Origin: Bacteroidota bacterium
GTDB taxonomy: Bacteria; Bacteroidota; Bacteroidia; Cytophagales; Cyclobacteriaceae
Length of the DNA stretch: 19,087 nt
Reading direction: 5' to 3'
Assembly: GCA_022567155.1 (NCBI GenBank)
Contig: JADFHN010000073.1
Location: forward strand, 1 to 19,087
Each line of letters starts with the position of its first letter. Position 1 is the stretch's first letter. The notes beneath the pieces were generated by a model. That model was not told where the DNA came from. It saw only the letters and a program-made list of their open reading frames with translations, and searched no databases. The position numbers were made by a program, and so were the translations under genes. Of this stretch, positions 1 through 7,579 are shown one piece after another.

Positions 1-12
1 AAGTGCTCGCAC

Positions 13-60
13 AGAATTTTGGAACGGAGGCGTAGCGAGCTACGTTGAGTACCAAAATTC
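13..60 (+). other. Nested stem-loop at the window edge: outer 9-bp stem gaattttgg/ccaaaattc enclosing an inner cgtagc-ga-gctacg hairpin
   Basis: Direct reading: gaattttgg (15-23) is the reverse complement of ccaaaattc (52-60). Between them, cgtagc (39-44) pairs with gctacg (47-52). The heptamer aagtgct also recurs at 1-7 and 65-71. The window is truncated upstream, so the context is unknown. Confidence 0.25.
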
Positions 61-316
61 GAGCAAGTGCTTGAATGGTAGGTAATTGGAATGCGTAATA
101 GATTATTCATGAATTATTCAGGCTAAATAGTTAAACTAAATTGCCCTGACTTATCCAATTCAATTTGCTCTTTTGTTTTATCACTTTTTTAACAAAAATT
201 AAAACTTTTAGCTCTAATATTCAGACCTCCAAGATCTATTGTTGATAATCAGTATATTACAGATATTTTAAGAGTTCTTATATTATAGTTGTAATTGAAA
301 TAAAACCAAAAGCCAT

Positions 317-1255
317 ATGCTTCCACCCAATTCTGTGACAGTGATAGGTTCCATAACCATGGATCAAATAATCATGGACGATAAAACCATTGAAATCCTG
401 GGGGGGGTAGTAACTTATGCGGGCTTGACATTCCGGAAGCACGATATTCCTACCCTTATTGTAACAAATGTCGCTAAGGAAGAAAAGTATATTTTGAAAA
501 ATCTGGCTAATAAGGGAATAAAAGTTTATTATGAGTTTAGTACTGAAACCACCCGTTTCATCAATTACATTAAAAGTAACAAAGGAAAACAGATAGTTCC
601 TACCCAGGCGGTTCCGATCGAAGAAGGATTGGTTAAAAAGGCTCTTCCCATGGCAAATCATATCCATCTCGGCCCATTACATCCCTGGGACATTCATCCG
701 GAAGCCATAGCATACCTGAAAAATTACCTTGAAAAAACCAATAAGGAAAGCAAGCCTTTGGTAACTCTCGATGTTCAGGGGTATGTCAGGGAAATCAATA
801 ACCAGGTGGTATGGCCTTTAGTTTCAGAACACCTGGATGAAGCACTGTGGTGTTCTGACATCATAAAAGCCGAAAAAAATGAGTTGGAAGTTATAATTAA
901 ACACTTCAGAATCACGCCCTTGCAATTAATCAACAAATATAACATTCAGGAACTGGTGATCACCGAAGGATCCAAAGGAGGGCAAATTTTGCGTCCAAAG
1001 GCAAACCCCATCTCATTCAGGGCTATGCCGGTAAATAATTTTACTGGTTTTACCGGTGCGGGAGACGTTTTCTTTGCTGCCTATCTGATCAAACATTTAT
1101 ATCACGGGGAAGAGATTTCCACATCATGCGAATATGCCGCCCGGATAGCTTCCTTAAAGATTAAAGGAGGCTACATACCCTCCAGTGATCTGGACTTAGA
1201 TAGCTGTAAGGTAATAAAGCCACTTCATCCGGCAGGAATCAAGATGTTGCAATAG
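317..1255 (+). CDS. PfkB-family carbohydrate kinase (ribokinase-like)
   Basis: 312-aa ORF. It has an N-terminal GG dipeptide (ILGGVVTY) and the C-terminal FTGAGDVFFAAY motif, which is the GAGD anion-hole/ATP motif of the ribokinase/PfkB family. The upstream region is AT-rich. Confidence 0.8.
   Translation: MLPPNSVTVIGSITMDQIIMDDKTIEILGGVVTYAGLTFRKHDIPTLIVTNVAKEEKYILKNLANKGIKVYYEFSTETTRFINYIKSNKGKQIVPTQAVPIEEGLVKKALPMANHIHLGPLHPWDIHPEAIAYLKNYLEKTNKESKPLVTLDVQGYVREINNQVVWPLVSEHLDEALWCSDIIKAEKNELEVIIKHFRITPLQLINKYNIQELVITEGSKGGQILRPKANPISFRAMPVNNFTGFTGAGDVFFAAYLIKHLYHGEEISTSCEYAARIASLKIKGGYIPSSDLDLDSCKVIKPLHPAGIKMLQ
400..407 (+). repeat. G8 homopolymer inside the pfkB coding sequence (codons ctg ggg ggg gta)
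   Basis: A run of eight G at 400-407 in an otherwise AT-rich genome. It is a potential slipped-strand site. Confidence 0.6.
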
Positions 1256-1324
1256 TCTTAAATAGTAAATTCCTCCAACCACTTACAACGTATATTCCGA
1301 TACAAAATGCAGAAAAGGTATTAT

Positions 1325-1528
1325 CGGGCATGTCAGCTCAAGTAATTTCTCCGGCTTGCCCGCCGTCGGAGGGTAATTTCGCCCAGGAATGGATTAGGAC
1401 GTTAGAAAAGTTTTGAGGAGATCTGTCAGGAGCTTATTCACGAAGAATAAACATTCAGCATCGCCTTGTATATCAGGTTTTGGAAAACGAAAAAGTTGTC
1501 AAAGTGATAAGAATGTGGACTCATTATG
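1325..1528 (+). pseudogene. Remnant of a YoeB/Txe-family toxin gene with an in-frame TGA and an internal deletion
   Basis: Frame translation gives MSAQVISPACPPSEGNFAQEWIRTLEKF*GDLSGAYSRRINIQHRLVYQVLENEKVVKVIRMWTHYE*. The C-terminal 38 aa match the YoeB/Txe C-terminus (LSGxWSRRI..EHRLVY......HY). There is an in-frame TGA at 1409-1411, and the PFxGxGKPEPLK segment of the family is absent. No yefM-like antitoxin ORF lies in the 70 bp between pfkB and this remnant. Confidence 0.5.
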
Positions 1529-3150
1529 AGTAATTAGGGTTTGCTGATTTTCTCGGGGATAACTTTAGCAAGGATAACCAAGGCAAAAGTATTATTGACC
1601 TCCGATTCTGATAATACCTATCAGGAACGTGGGTTGTTTTAGGTTGAAAAAAATAAGGACAATAAAATAATCCTTCTGCCATTTTATCAGGTTGGTAATA
1701 AATATGATACATCCGATCCAACTCTCGGCTGTAGCTTTCAGCCTGGTGCGTACCTGGTTGAGCCTATGCCATAGGCATGCATTCGCATACCCATTCTTGG
1801 CTTGTCCAAACTTGCCCTCTATCTGGTTCCTTTCCCGTTGCTCTTGTCTCCTGAGCCTGGCTTGCTCGCCAGTTTCCGGCCCTGGCCTTCCCAAAGGCTT
1901 GGCTGTGATCCGTATCTCCTTGTCTTTGAGCCACTTGCGATTTTCAAGCGTGGCATAGATTCTATCTACAATTACAGCTTCGGGATAATGGCCATGTAGT
2001 TTCTTGTATTCCTGGACATGGGCAATCAGGTCGCCTCCTTCGTTGTAGGCATCCCAACTAAACGTGTTGATACGCGTGTAACCGTTGTCCAGGCTCATCC
2101 CCAATTTAGGGCCAAATTCCACTTTACCCTTCGCCTTGCCCCGTACAATAGGTCGCACATAGGGCTGGTGTATGCTCACGATACGATCAGCACATTGATG
2201 TTTTTTTTCATCGAACATTTCCTGTTGTTGCCTGTGAACCTCTCTGATCACCCACAGGTAGCGTTGTTCTTTCCTTGACAATGGAAAAGCCCTGTCTTCC
2301 TGCCTGTTGGCAGGCACGACAAAACTGTCCAGCATTTTGTCCAAGTATCCTACATTCCGTTTTACATAATTGAGTTGAAGGCGGATAGCCCTTCGCAGTT
2401 CCTTTCTTCTTTTATTCTTCTTTTTGGCCACGTTAAGGTAATTCTTTCTCGCTACCTTGCGATAGGTGCGGGGTTTTGTTCCCACCTTGCCCAATTTATC
2501 GTACAGCTTATCTATAAACTGTTCTGTTTTTTCCCGGCTGGAATTGAGTAAATCCAGATCAGTAGGGTATTTGATATAGATATCAGCAACGGTGGCATCC
2601 AATTGCAATTTTCCCCGGTTAGTAGGTTGGTCCGTTTCTTCCAATTTATTCTTTGGGGTTATTGGCTTGGTGGGGATATCCCTTTGGGCCGCCTTTTTAA
2701 TGATGGTTTGGTTAAACCTGTCAAAAACATCTGCCCCCATTCGTTTACGTAGGTTTACGAATAGGCTGGGGTCAAACAAGGGTTCGGGGTTAAAGGTGTC
2801 CAGTCCCAGAAAATACTGCATATATGGGTTTTCCTGGATGGTTGCCACCGTCTCACGATCTGATAGGTTTAGCCTGTGTTTTATGATCATCGCGCCAATA
2901 GCTATACGCGCCCCCAGGGCGGCTCTGCCTGTATTGCTTTCTAATCCGCTGTAATAAATACCTGCCAAATCATCCCAGGGAATGATCTGGCTAAGTTTTA
3001 CCCATCGGTTGTTGGCATCAAGCTCAAGTTGAAATGGGGTCTTAAATTCTTGAATTAGGAGTTGGGAAGTGGGAGTATATTGTATCATAATGCATAGTTA
3101 TAGCATAAATATACGAATATATCTGCACTCTCCAAATAAAAACCCTATTT
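1529..3150 (-). mobile_element. Insertion sequence, IS1182/IS5-like (DUF772 plus DDE transposase), about 1.6 kb
   Basis: A single 498-aa transposase ORF. Imperfect terminal inverted repeats share the conserved tip TAGGGTTT: the left end runs taattagggtttgctgatttt from 1526, and the right end read on the minus strand is aaaatagggtttttattt ending near 3149. The exact ends and the target-site duplication are uncertain. Confidence 0.7.
1592..3088 (-). CDS. DDE transposase with N-terminal DUF772 (InsH N-terminal-like) domain
   Basis: The motif IIKHRLNLSDRETVATIQENPYMQYFLGLDTF matches the DUF772 consensus (lkhlynlSDeel....enpy.qyFcGl). The C-terminal DDE region is basic. A 498-aa length fits IS1182-type transposases better than 320-aa IS5 types. 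The short plus-strand ORFs overlapping this gene are judged spurious. Confidence 0.85.
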   Translation of the reverse strand: MIQYTPTSQLLIQEFKTPFQLELDANNRWVKLSQIIPWDDLAGIYYSGLESNTGRAALGARIAIGAMIIKHRLNLSDRETVATIQENPYMQYFLGLDTFNPEPLFDPSLFVNLRKRMGADVFDRFNQTIIKKAAQRDIPTKPITPKNKLEETDQPTNRGKLQLDATVADIYIKYPTDLDLLNSSREKTEQFIDKLYDKLGKVGTKPRTYRKVARKNYLNVAKKKNKRRKELRRAIRLQLNYVKRNVGYLDKMLDSFVVPANRQEDRAFPLSRKEQRYLWVIREVHRQQQEMFDEKKHQCADRIVSIHQPYVRPIVRGKAKGKVEFGPKLGMSLDNGYTRINTFSWDAYNEGGDLIAHVQEYKKLHGHYPEAVIVDRIYATLENRKWLKDKEIRITAKPLGRPGPETGEQARLRRQEQRERNQIEGKFGQAKNGYANACLWHRLNQVRTRLKATAESWIGCIIFITNLIKWQKDYFIVLIFFNLKQPTFLIGIIRIGGQ

Positions 3151-3328
3151 TATTTCTTGAATATCAGTTGGTTAACTAAAAATCAGCAGACCCTAAATAT
3201 CTATATATATTTAAATAAATGCCATTTTCTATTCATTTTGCCAGGTATGATGTTATATTACAGATTACAGGTTGACCCAAATCTGGCGTGGAAGTTCTCA
3301 ACCACCATATCATGTGTAATATGCGAAG

Positions 3329-3377
3329 TTGGTTACCTGCCCGGCCGTTCAGGCGGGTCCGTCCGAACGGCTCAGCC
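3329..3377. other. GC-rich 49-nt stem-loop island in an AT-rich intergenic region (10-bp outer stem cctgcccggc/gccgggcagg, inner cgttc/gaacg)
   Basis: Direct reading of the inverted repeats. There is no flanking T-tract on either strand, so it is not a canonical terminator. It lies about 210 nt downstream of the Kazal gene stop on the minus strand and about 180 nt from the IS end. Confidence 0.35.
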
Positions 3378-3585
3378 GGGCAGGCTTTCGGACAAAAAAA
3401 GGGGTTATAACATTGCTAAGGGTAGCCTTTTCCATCCAGATTCAAGTGAATATTTTTAACCTTATTATGATCCGGAATCCAGCCACCAGAACAATAAGAC
3501 CAGGCCAGGTTTTGGCATGTAATCGATACCGAGTTCTATGGCTTTGTTGCGTGTCGTATTAATCTGCTGCATTATATACTAATCT

Positions 3586-3801
3586 CTACTCCGGGCATTC
3601 GCCATCAGTCCATTTCAGCACTCCTGCATTTTCAGCTTTACATGCATTGCTGTAGGTTTTATTATTACAGCCGCATACTGGCGTATAATCCATGGTACAA
3701 ATAGCTTCCGGGTTTATTTTACTTTCATCGATACACTTGTTATCGATCGATTTGCAACCCCATAAGAGCAAGCCTATAATAATTACTTTTACAGTTTTCA
3801 T
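3586..3801 (-). CDS. Small secreted lipoprotein with a single Kazal-type protease-inhibitor-like domain
   Basis: I chose the internal start MKTVKVIIIGLLLWGCKS, which gives a lipoprotein-type signal with an LLWGC lipobox-like end, over the longer ORF that would overlap the DinB-like gene. The mature part, CIDESKINPEAICTMDYTPVCGCNNKTYSNACKAENAGVLKWTDGEC, fits the Kazal core C-x7-C-G-x-(D/N)-x-K-T-Y-x-N-x-C. It has six Cys, but canonical Cys5 is missing and an extra Cys sits at the GS position. Confidence 0.7.
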   Translation of the reverse strand: MKTVKVIIIGLLLWGCKSIDNKCIDESKINPEAICTMDYTPVCGCNNKTYSNACKAENAGVLKWTDGECPE

Positions 3802-3899
3802 AAATGTAAAAGTAGAAAAATTACTGTTGAGTAATGAACTGCCTTGAGAGTACATGTCAGAACGGATTATTTTAATGTGGTTTTGCAGTACCCTCGTGC

Positions 3900-4412
3900 T
3901 TACCAATTACCAGCGTATCTCAAGTCTGTAGAAGGTGCAATTTTAGATAGATAACTCCAATTCAGTGAATTTATCTGGCGAATATGTAAGTAATCATGTG
4001 CCAGCCAATTAGCTAGTATCTGTTCAGCCGGCATAGTTTTTCCATATGGATAATTATCCATTGCCTTCCAATCCGGAGTAGTCAATCCTTTTAACCATTG
4101 AACGGATTTTTCTCTTTCTGTTAGAAAATTATTTAATGTAGCATTCAAATCTCTTTGATTATAGTCTTTCTCACCAGCCCACTTCTCGGGTGTTACCTGT
4201 TTCCAGGGTCTTTCCGGATTTAGCAAAGCAAATTCAAGTCTTTGCCGAAAATCATCTACTTCTTCGTCATGAAGATGATTTACAACTTCCAATATTGACC
4301 ATTTTTTTGGTGATGGCTTCCATCTGGCTTGTTCGACAGATATATTTCCTAACAGGACTTTAAAAGCATTCATGTTATCTTCAAGCTTGCTGATGATAAT
4401 CTGATGAAGCAT
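3900..4412 (-). CDS. DinB/YfiT-like (DinB_2/DUF664) four-helix-bundle putative metalloenzyme
   Basis: 170 aa. The His-rich motifs VNHLHDEE and WLAHDYLHIRQ are typical of the DinB_2 metal-binding triad. The gene lies in the same orientation as the flanking Kazal and NmrA-like genes. Confidence 0.65.
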   Translation of the reverse strand: MLHQIIISKLEDNMNAFKVLLGNISVEQARWKPSPKKWSILEVVNHLHDEEVDDFRQRLEFALLNPERPWKQVTPEKWAGEKDYNQRDLNATLNNFLTEREKSVQWLKGLTTPDWKAMDNYPYGKTMPAEQILANWLAHDYLHIRQINSLNWSYLSKIAPSTDLRYAGNW

Positions 4413-4445
4413 ATCTCTTATATAAAAAGTGAAACTAATAGATTT

Positions 4446-4490
4446 TTACTACATAACGGCTGAGCTAAGCAGCGGCGATCAGCCGTCTGC
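4446..4490 (-). other. GC-rich nested hairpin between the NmrA-like gene 3' end and the DinB-like gene start
   Basis: acggctga (4446-4453) is the reverse complement of tcagccgt (4475-4482). The inner pair gctaagcag / ctgcttcagc is partly complementary. It sits just downstream of the NmrA-like stop and is a possible terminator without a clear U-tract. Confidence 0.3.
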
Positions 4491-4527
4491 TTCAGCGATT
4501 TGTTATACGCTGTTTTCGCTATCTGTA

Positions 4528-5448
4528 TCATCTTTCCATAAACCGATTCTTTATTTCCATATCGAATGTTATTGGACTATAAGTAAATGTCTTCAGAAGA
4601 ATTTGATGATCTTCTGGTACACTCTTCGCCAAGTCAGAAGGAAAATTATTTAATGCTTTTAGAGCATAGTAAATAAACCTTATCAATGGATTGAATGGCA
4701 ATGTTATTATTGATACAACCTTCACAGCAACCAGGGGAATTTTTATATGTTTTATTTGTTTTTTCGTAATAGCTGAAATTCTCTCTGCAGCTTCCGGGAA
4801 AGAAATAGCTTCAGGTCCTGTCAGTCTAAACCGTTTTCCACCCACATCATTTCTGAGAATTGTTTGTGCTGCAATCTCTCCAACGTCTTCCGGTGAAATC
4901 GCAGGAATAGGTTTTATTCCACCTCCAGGTACAGCCATCTTATTATTTCTCAAAAATGCGAAAAAGAGTTCAAAAGAAGGAGCAACACCTAAAATCGTCC
5001 AGTTAAAGTTGGACTCTCTTATCTTCTTTTCAATCTCCAATTTAATTTCTCCGAATTTGATTATATTTAGTTTTCTTAAAACATCTTCCCTGATCTCATA
5101 TCCTGACAGGTATATCAACCTATCAATATTTGCTTTATGAGCTTCCTCCATAATCATCAAAACAGCATCTCGTTCGATCTGTTTCATTCTTCTTATCAAC
5201 TTACTATTCAGGGCAGATAAGTAAATCAATATTGCTTTAACACCTTCCAGAGACTGAATAATAGCATCCCTACAAGTAACATCACTCTCTATTATTTCAA
5301 CATCTTCACCCAGGATGATTTTTGCTTTCCGTGAATTACGGCTCAAAATTCTAACTTTTTCATTGTTATCTAAAAGTTTCTTAATAATCTTTCTTCCAAG
5401 ATATCCGGTGCCGCCGAAAACAACGATTGGTTTTTCTTCATTCCTCAT
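4528..5448 (-). CDS. NmrA-like / atypical SDR NAD(P)H-binding protein
   Basis: 306 aa. It has the N-terminal Rossmann motif VVFGGTGYLGRKI (GxxGxxG) and lacks the YxxxK catalytic pair of classical SDRs, in the manner of the NmrA/YwnB family. Confidence 0.75.
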   Translation of the reverse strand: MRNEEKPIVVFGGTGYLGRKIIKKLLDNNEKVRILSRNSRKAKIILGEDVEIIESDVTCRDAIIQSLEGVKAILIYLSALNSKLIRRMKQIERDAVLMIMEEAHKANIDRLIYLSGYEIREDVLRKLNIIKFGEIKLEIEKKIRESNFNWTILGVAPSFELFFAFLRNNKMAVPGGGIKPIPAISPEDVGEIAAQTILRNDVGGKRFRLTGPEAISFPEAAERISAITKKQIKHIKIPLVAVKVVSIITLPFNPLIRFIYYALKALNNFPSDLAKSVPEDHQILLKTFTYSPITFDMEIKNRFMER

Positions 5449-5849
5449 TCTTTTTCCTACTTGCCTAACTTTTGCGTATAACTACAAAGTGGACTGCAAT
5501 ATTACAGTTTGTCACTCTTCAGACTATGATTAAACTTATTGATTTATAGTATATTAACAAAAAATTACTTAATACGAATACTGCAATGAGTAATTTTTTA
5601 TTCTCTAATCTAAACATGCAAAAAAACGTCAAAACCAGCATTATTGGATTAGGCTCGTGCACATATATACGATTATGTCATTAAAGATATACAATTGAAA
5701 AAACGTATATTTTGTGGATTAATAAAAATATCAATCAATCAGAATTTCAAAAAACCACCCCTCCCTCCTTCAAATACTGCCAATGCATCGAAAATATTAG
5801 CATACTTCCGTGAAACGGTTCATGATGTGATTTATCATTGCAATACCTT

Positions 5850-5901
5850 TGAAGAGTAAACTTCTAATAATCGCTTTTTCAACTTTTGATATCCTGACAT
5901 A
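5850..5901 (+). promoter_or_regulatory. Putative promoter of the SDR gene (Bacteroidetes-type -7-like element aACTTTTG near 5881-5888)
   Basis: AT-rich region. The aacttttg element resembles the Bacteroidetes TAnnTTTG -7 motif about 15-20 nt upstream of the ATG. The whole segment is duplicated at 7306-7364, which argues for functional conservation. Confidence 0.35.
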
Positions 5902-6672
5902 ATGAATAACGAATTTCCTGATTTCAGAATAGACAGTAAAATTGCATTAATTACCGGCGCCGCCCGTGGTATCGGAAAGGCATGTGCACTGGCGCTTGCC
6001 AATGCCGGCGCAGATATTGCCCTGGGTCTACGTGATGCGGCTACCGGGCAGGAGCTGGCAAAAAAAATTGAAAATATGGGCAGACGTGTGATCCGGTTAC
6101 AGATGGACATTTCCAGTCTGGAGGAGATCAGCATGGCCATTGATGATACGGTCAGGTATTTTGGCCGGCTGGATATATTGGTCAATAATGTGGGTGTAGC
6201 GCCTGAGAGCGCTGCAGAGCATGTGAGTGAAAAGAATTTCGACTATACACTGAATGTAAATCTGAAAGGTACCTTTTTTGTCACGCAGGCAGCAGGAAAG
6301 GTTATGATAAAACAGAAGTCCGGACGAATCATCAACATAAGTTCACAGGCGGGGTTTGTGGCCCTGCCGGAGGAGTCTGTTTACTGCATGACCAAGGCGG
6401 CCATCAATCATCTTACCAGATGCCTGGCGGTAGAATGGGCCAAATATAACATCGCGGTGAATGCGGTGGCGCCTACCTTTATTTTTACCCCCGGAACAGA
6501 GGAATACCTCAGAGACGAAAAATCGAGGGAGAATGTTATTGCAAACATCCCACTGGGCAGGATCGGTGAGCCTGCAGAGGTGGCCGGCGCGGTGGTGTTT
6601 CTTGCATCATCCGCAGCCTCCATGATCACCGGTGAAGTGATGCGTATCGATGGCGGATGGACCGCTAAATAA
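5902..6672 (+). CDS. Classical short-chain dehydrogenase/reductase (SDR), KduD/FabG-like
   Basis: 256 aa. It carries TGAARGIGKA (TGxxxGxG cofactor motif), an NNVG motif, and the catalytic Y-C-M-T-K (YxxxK) preceded by a Ser. Confidence 0.9.
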   Translation: MNNEFPDFRIDSKIALITGAARGIGKACALALANAGADIALGLRDAATGQELAKKIENMGRRVIRLQMDISSLEEISMAIDDTVRYFGRLDILVNNVGVAPESAAEHVSEKNFDYTLNVNLKGTFFVTQAAGKVMIKQKSGRIINISSQAGFVALPEESVYCMTKAAINHLTRCLAVEWAKYNIAVNAVAPTFIFTPGTEEYLRDEKSRENVIANIPLGRIGEPAEVAGAVVFLASSAASMITGEVMRIDGGWTAK

Positions 6673-6723
6673 CAGTTGGCTATAACTGTGATATTTCATT
6701 TATCTTCCAGGTATATCCGTTTT

Positions 6724-7038
6724 TTACACTTCCTTTATCACTTTCTTAAGTTTTTCCATGTGCGCAACATCCATATTTACAACAGGCACCGCGTACAGCA
6801 CCGGCATCTTATCGCCATATTTAAATTTCAACAATTTTTCAATAGTGCTGAACAACATAGCTTTCGTTCTGCCAATTAATAGATTAGTTGATACGGTTTC
6901 TATTTCATCGTTATCATTTTTATAACTGCTTACCGTATCCATAACCGTAACGCCCGTGATTAACTTTTCATTAATCAGCAATTCCACTATTTCTTTAACC
7001 TGTTCCGGTTCGTTGGTCATTACATATACGATTATCAT
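6724..7038 (-). CDS. CutA-like / PII-fold small protein (divalent-cation tolerance family), divergent
   Basis: 104 aa. The N-terminal beta-strand MIIVYVMT...E.VKEIVELLINEKL and the C-terminal ..KYGDKMPVLYAVPV follow the CutA1 pattern (..hPYevPeiialPi), but the conserved Y-W / HPY residues are substituted. Confidence 0.45.
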   Translation of the reverse strand: MIIVYVMTNEPEQVKEIVELLINEKLITGVTVMDTVSSYKNDNDEIETVSTNLLIGRTKAMLFSTIEKLLKFKYGDKMPVLYAVPVVNMDVAHMEKLKKVIKEV

Positions 7039-7305
7039 GATTTATTTTTTAAAGATTGAAAACTCATGAGTTCAGCTTTATAAATTTTAAATGCTCGATT
7101 GCAACGGATTTTCAATGGCGTACATTTCTAGCGGTAAAGAGCACTGCAGAGATTTTACTATTTCATTTCTTTACGTTCCTCAGTACCTTCTCAGTGTTCT
7201 CCGTGGTTAAATATTCATTTTTTTAATCAATTTAAAAAACATTGTTCAAAGAATTTAGCTACTTTATTATTTCAGAAGTCATACAATTCGCCTAAAATTA
7301 CTTTA

Positions 7306-7460
7306 CAATACCTTTGGCGGATAAACTTCGAATAATCGCTTTTTTACTTTAGATATCCTGACAACTGAATAACGAATTTCCAGAATTTAAGACTGGACAG
7401 TAAAATTGCTTTAATTACAGGCGCAGCGCGTGGTATCGGCAAGGCTTGTGTACCCTCATT
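7306..7460 (+). pseudogene. Decayed partial duplicate of the SDR gene promoter plus first about 30 codons (start ATG to CTG, 1-nt indel, in-frame TAA at 7401-7403)
   Basis: 7306-7440 aligns to 5841-5975 at roughly 80% identity: caatacctttg...aataatcgctttt..gatatcctgaca..tgaataacgaatttcc..gacagtaaaattgc.ttaattac.ggcgc.gc.cgtggtatcgg.aagg. Identity fades to noise after about 7460. Confidence 0.7.
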
Positions 7461-7540
7461 AGCCGGATGCTGCTCTTGCATAATTGAAAAGCATGCTTTA
7501 CGATATCTAACCAGGGCTAACCGCCTTGACGGCTTATGTG

Positions 7541-7579
7541 CCCGCCTAAATTTGTGCCATATGGCAATAATAAGGCGGG
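7541..7579. promoter_or_regulatory. Composite 39-nt palindrome: cccgcct - AT spacer - TGCCATATGGCA - AT spacer - aggcggg
   Basis: It has a perfect 12-bp inner palindrome, tgccatatggca (7555-7566), flanked by a perfect 7-bp GC-rich inverted repeat (7541-7547 / 7573-7579). It lies about 360 bp upstream of the GAF-protein gene in an ORF-free tract. Confidence 0.3.

Noticed and set aside
1409-1411. In-frame TGA in the yoeB-like remnant as selenocysteine or programmed readthrough
   Set aside because: There is no SECIS-like hairpin immediately downstream. YoeB proteins do not contain Sec. The concurrent internal deletion indicates decay instead.
2203-2210. T8 tract (A8 on the transposase strand) as a programmed frameshift site
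   Set aside because: The transposase is already a single intact 498-aa ORF, so no frameshift is needed.
1692-2954. Plus-strand ORFs 1692-1958, 1802-1999, 2018-2278 and 2592-2954 inside the IS
   Set aside because: They lie entirely antisense to, or overlapping, the well-supported 498-aa transposase. They are low-complexity and Pro/Ser/Leu-rich with no family resemblance. They are typical shadow ORFs.
3157-3562. ORFs 3157-3459 (+) and 3329-3562 (+) in the IS-Kazal spacer
   Set aside because: Their composition is not protein-like and they have no motifs. The region is better explained as non-coding DNA containing the GC-rich hairpin.
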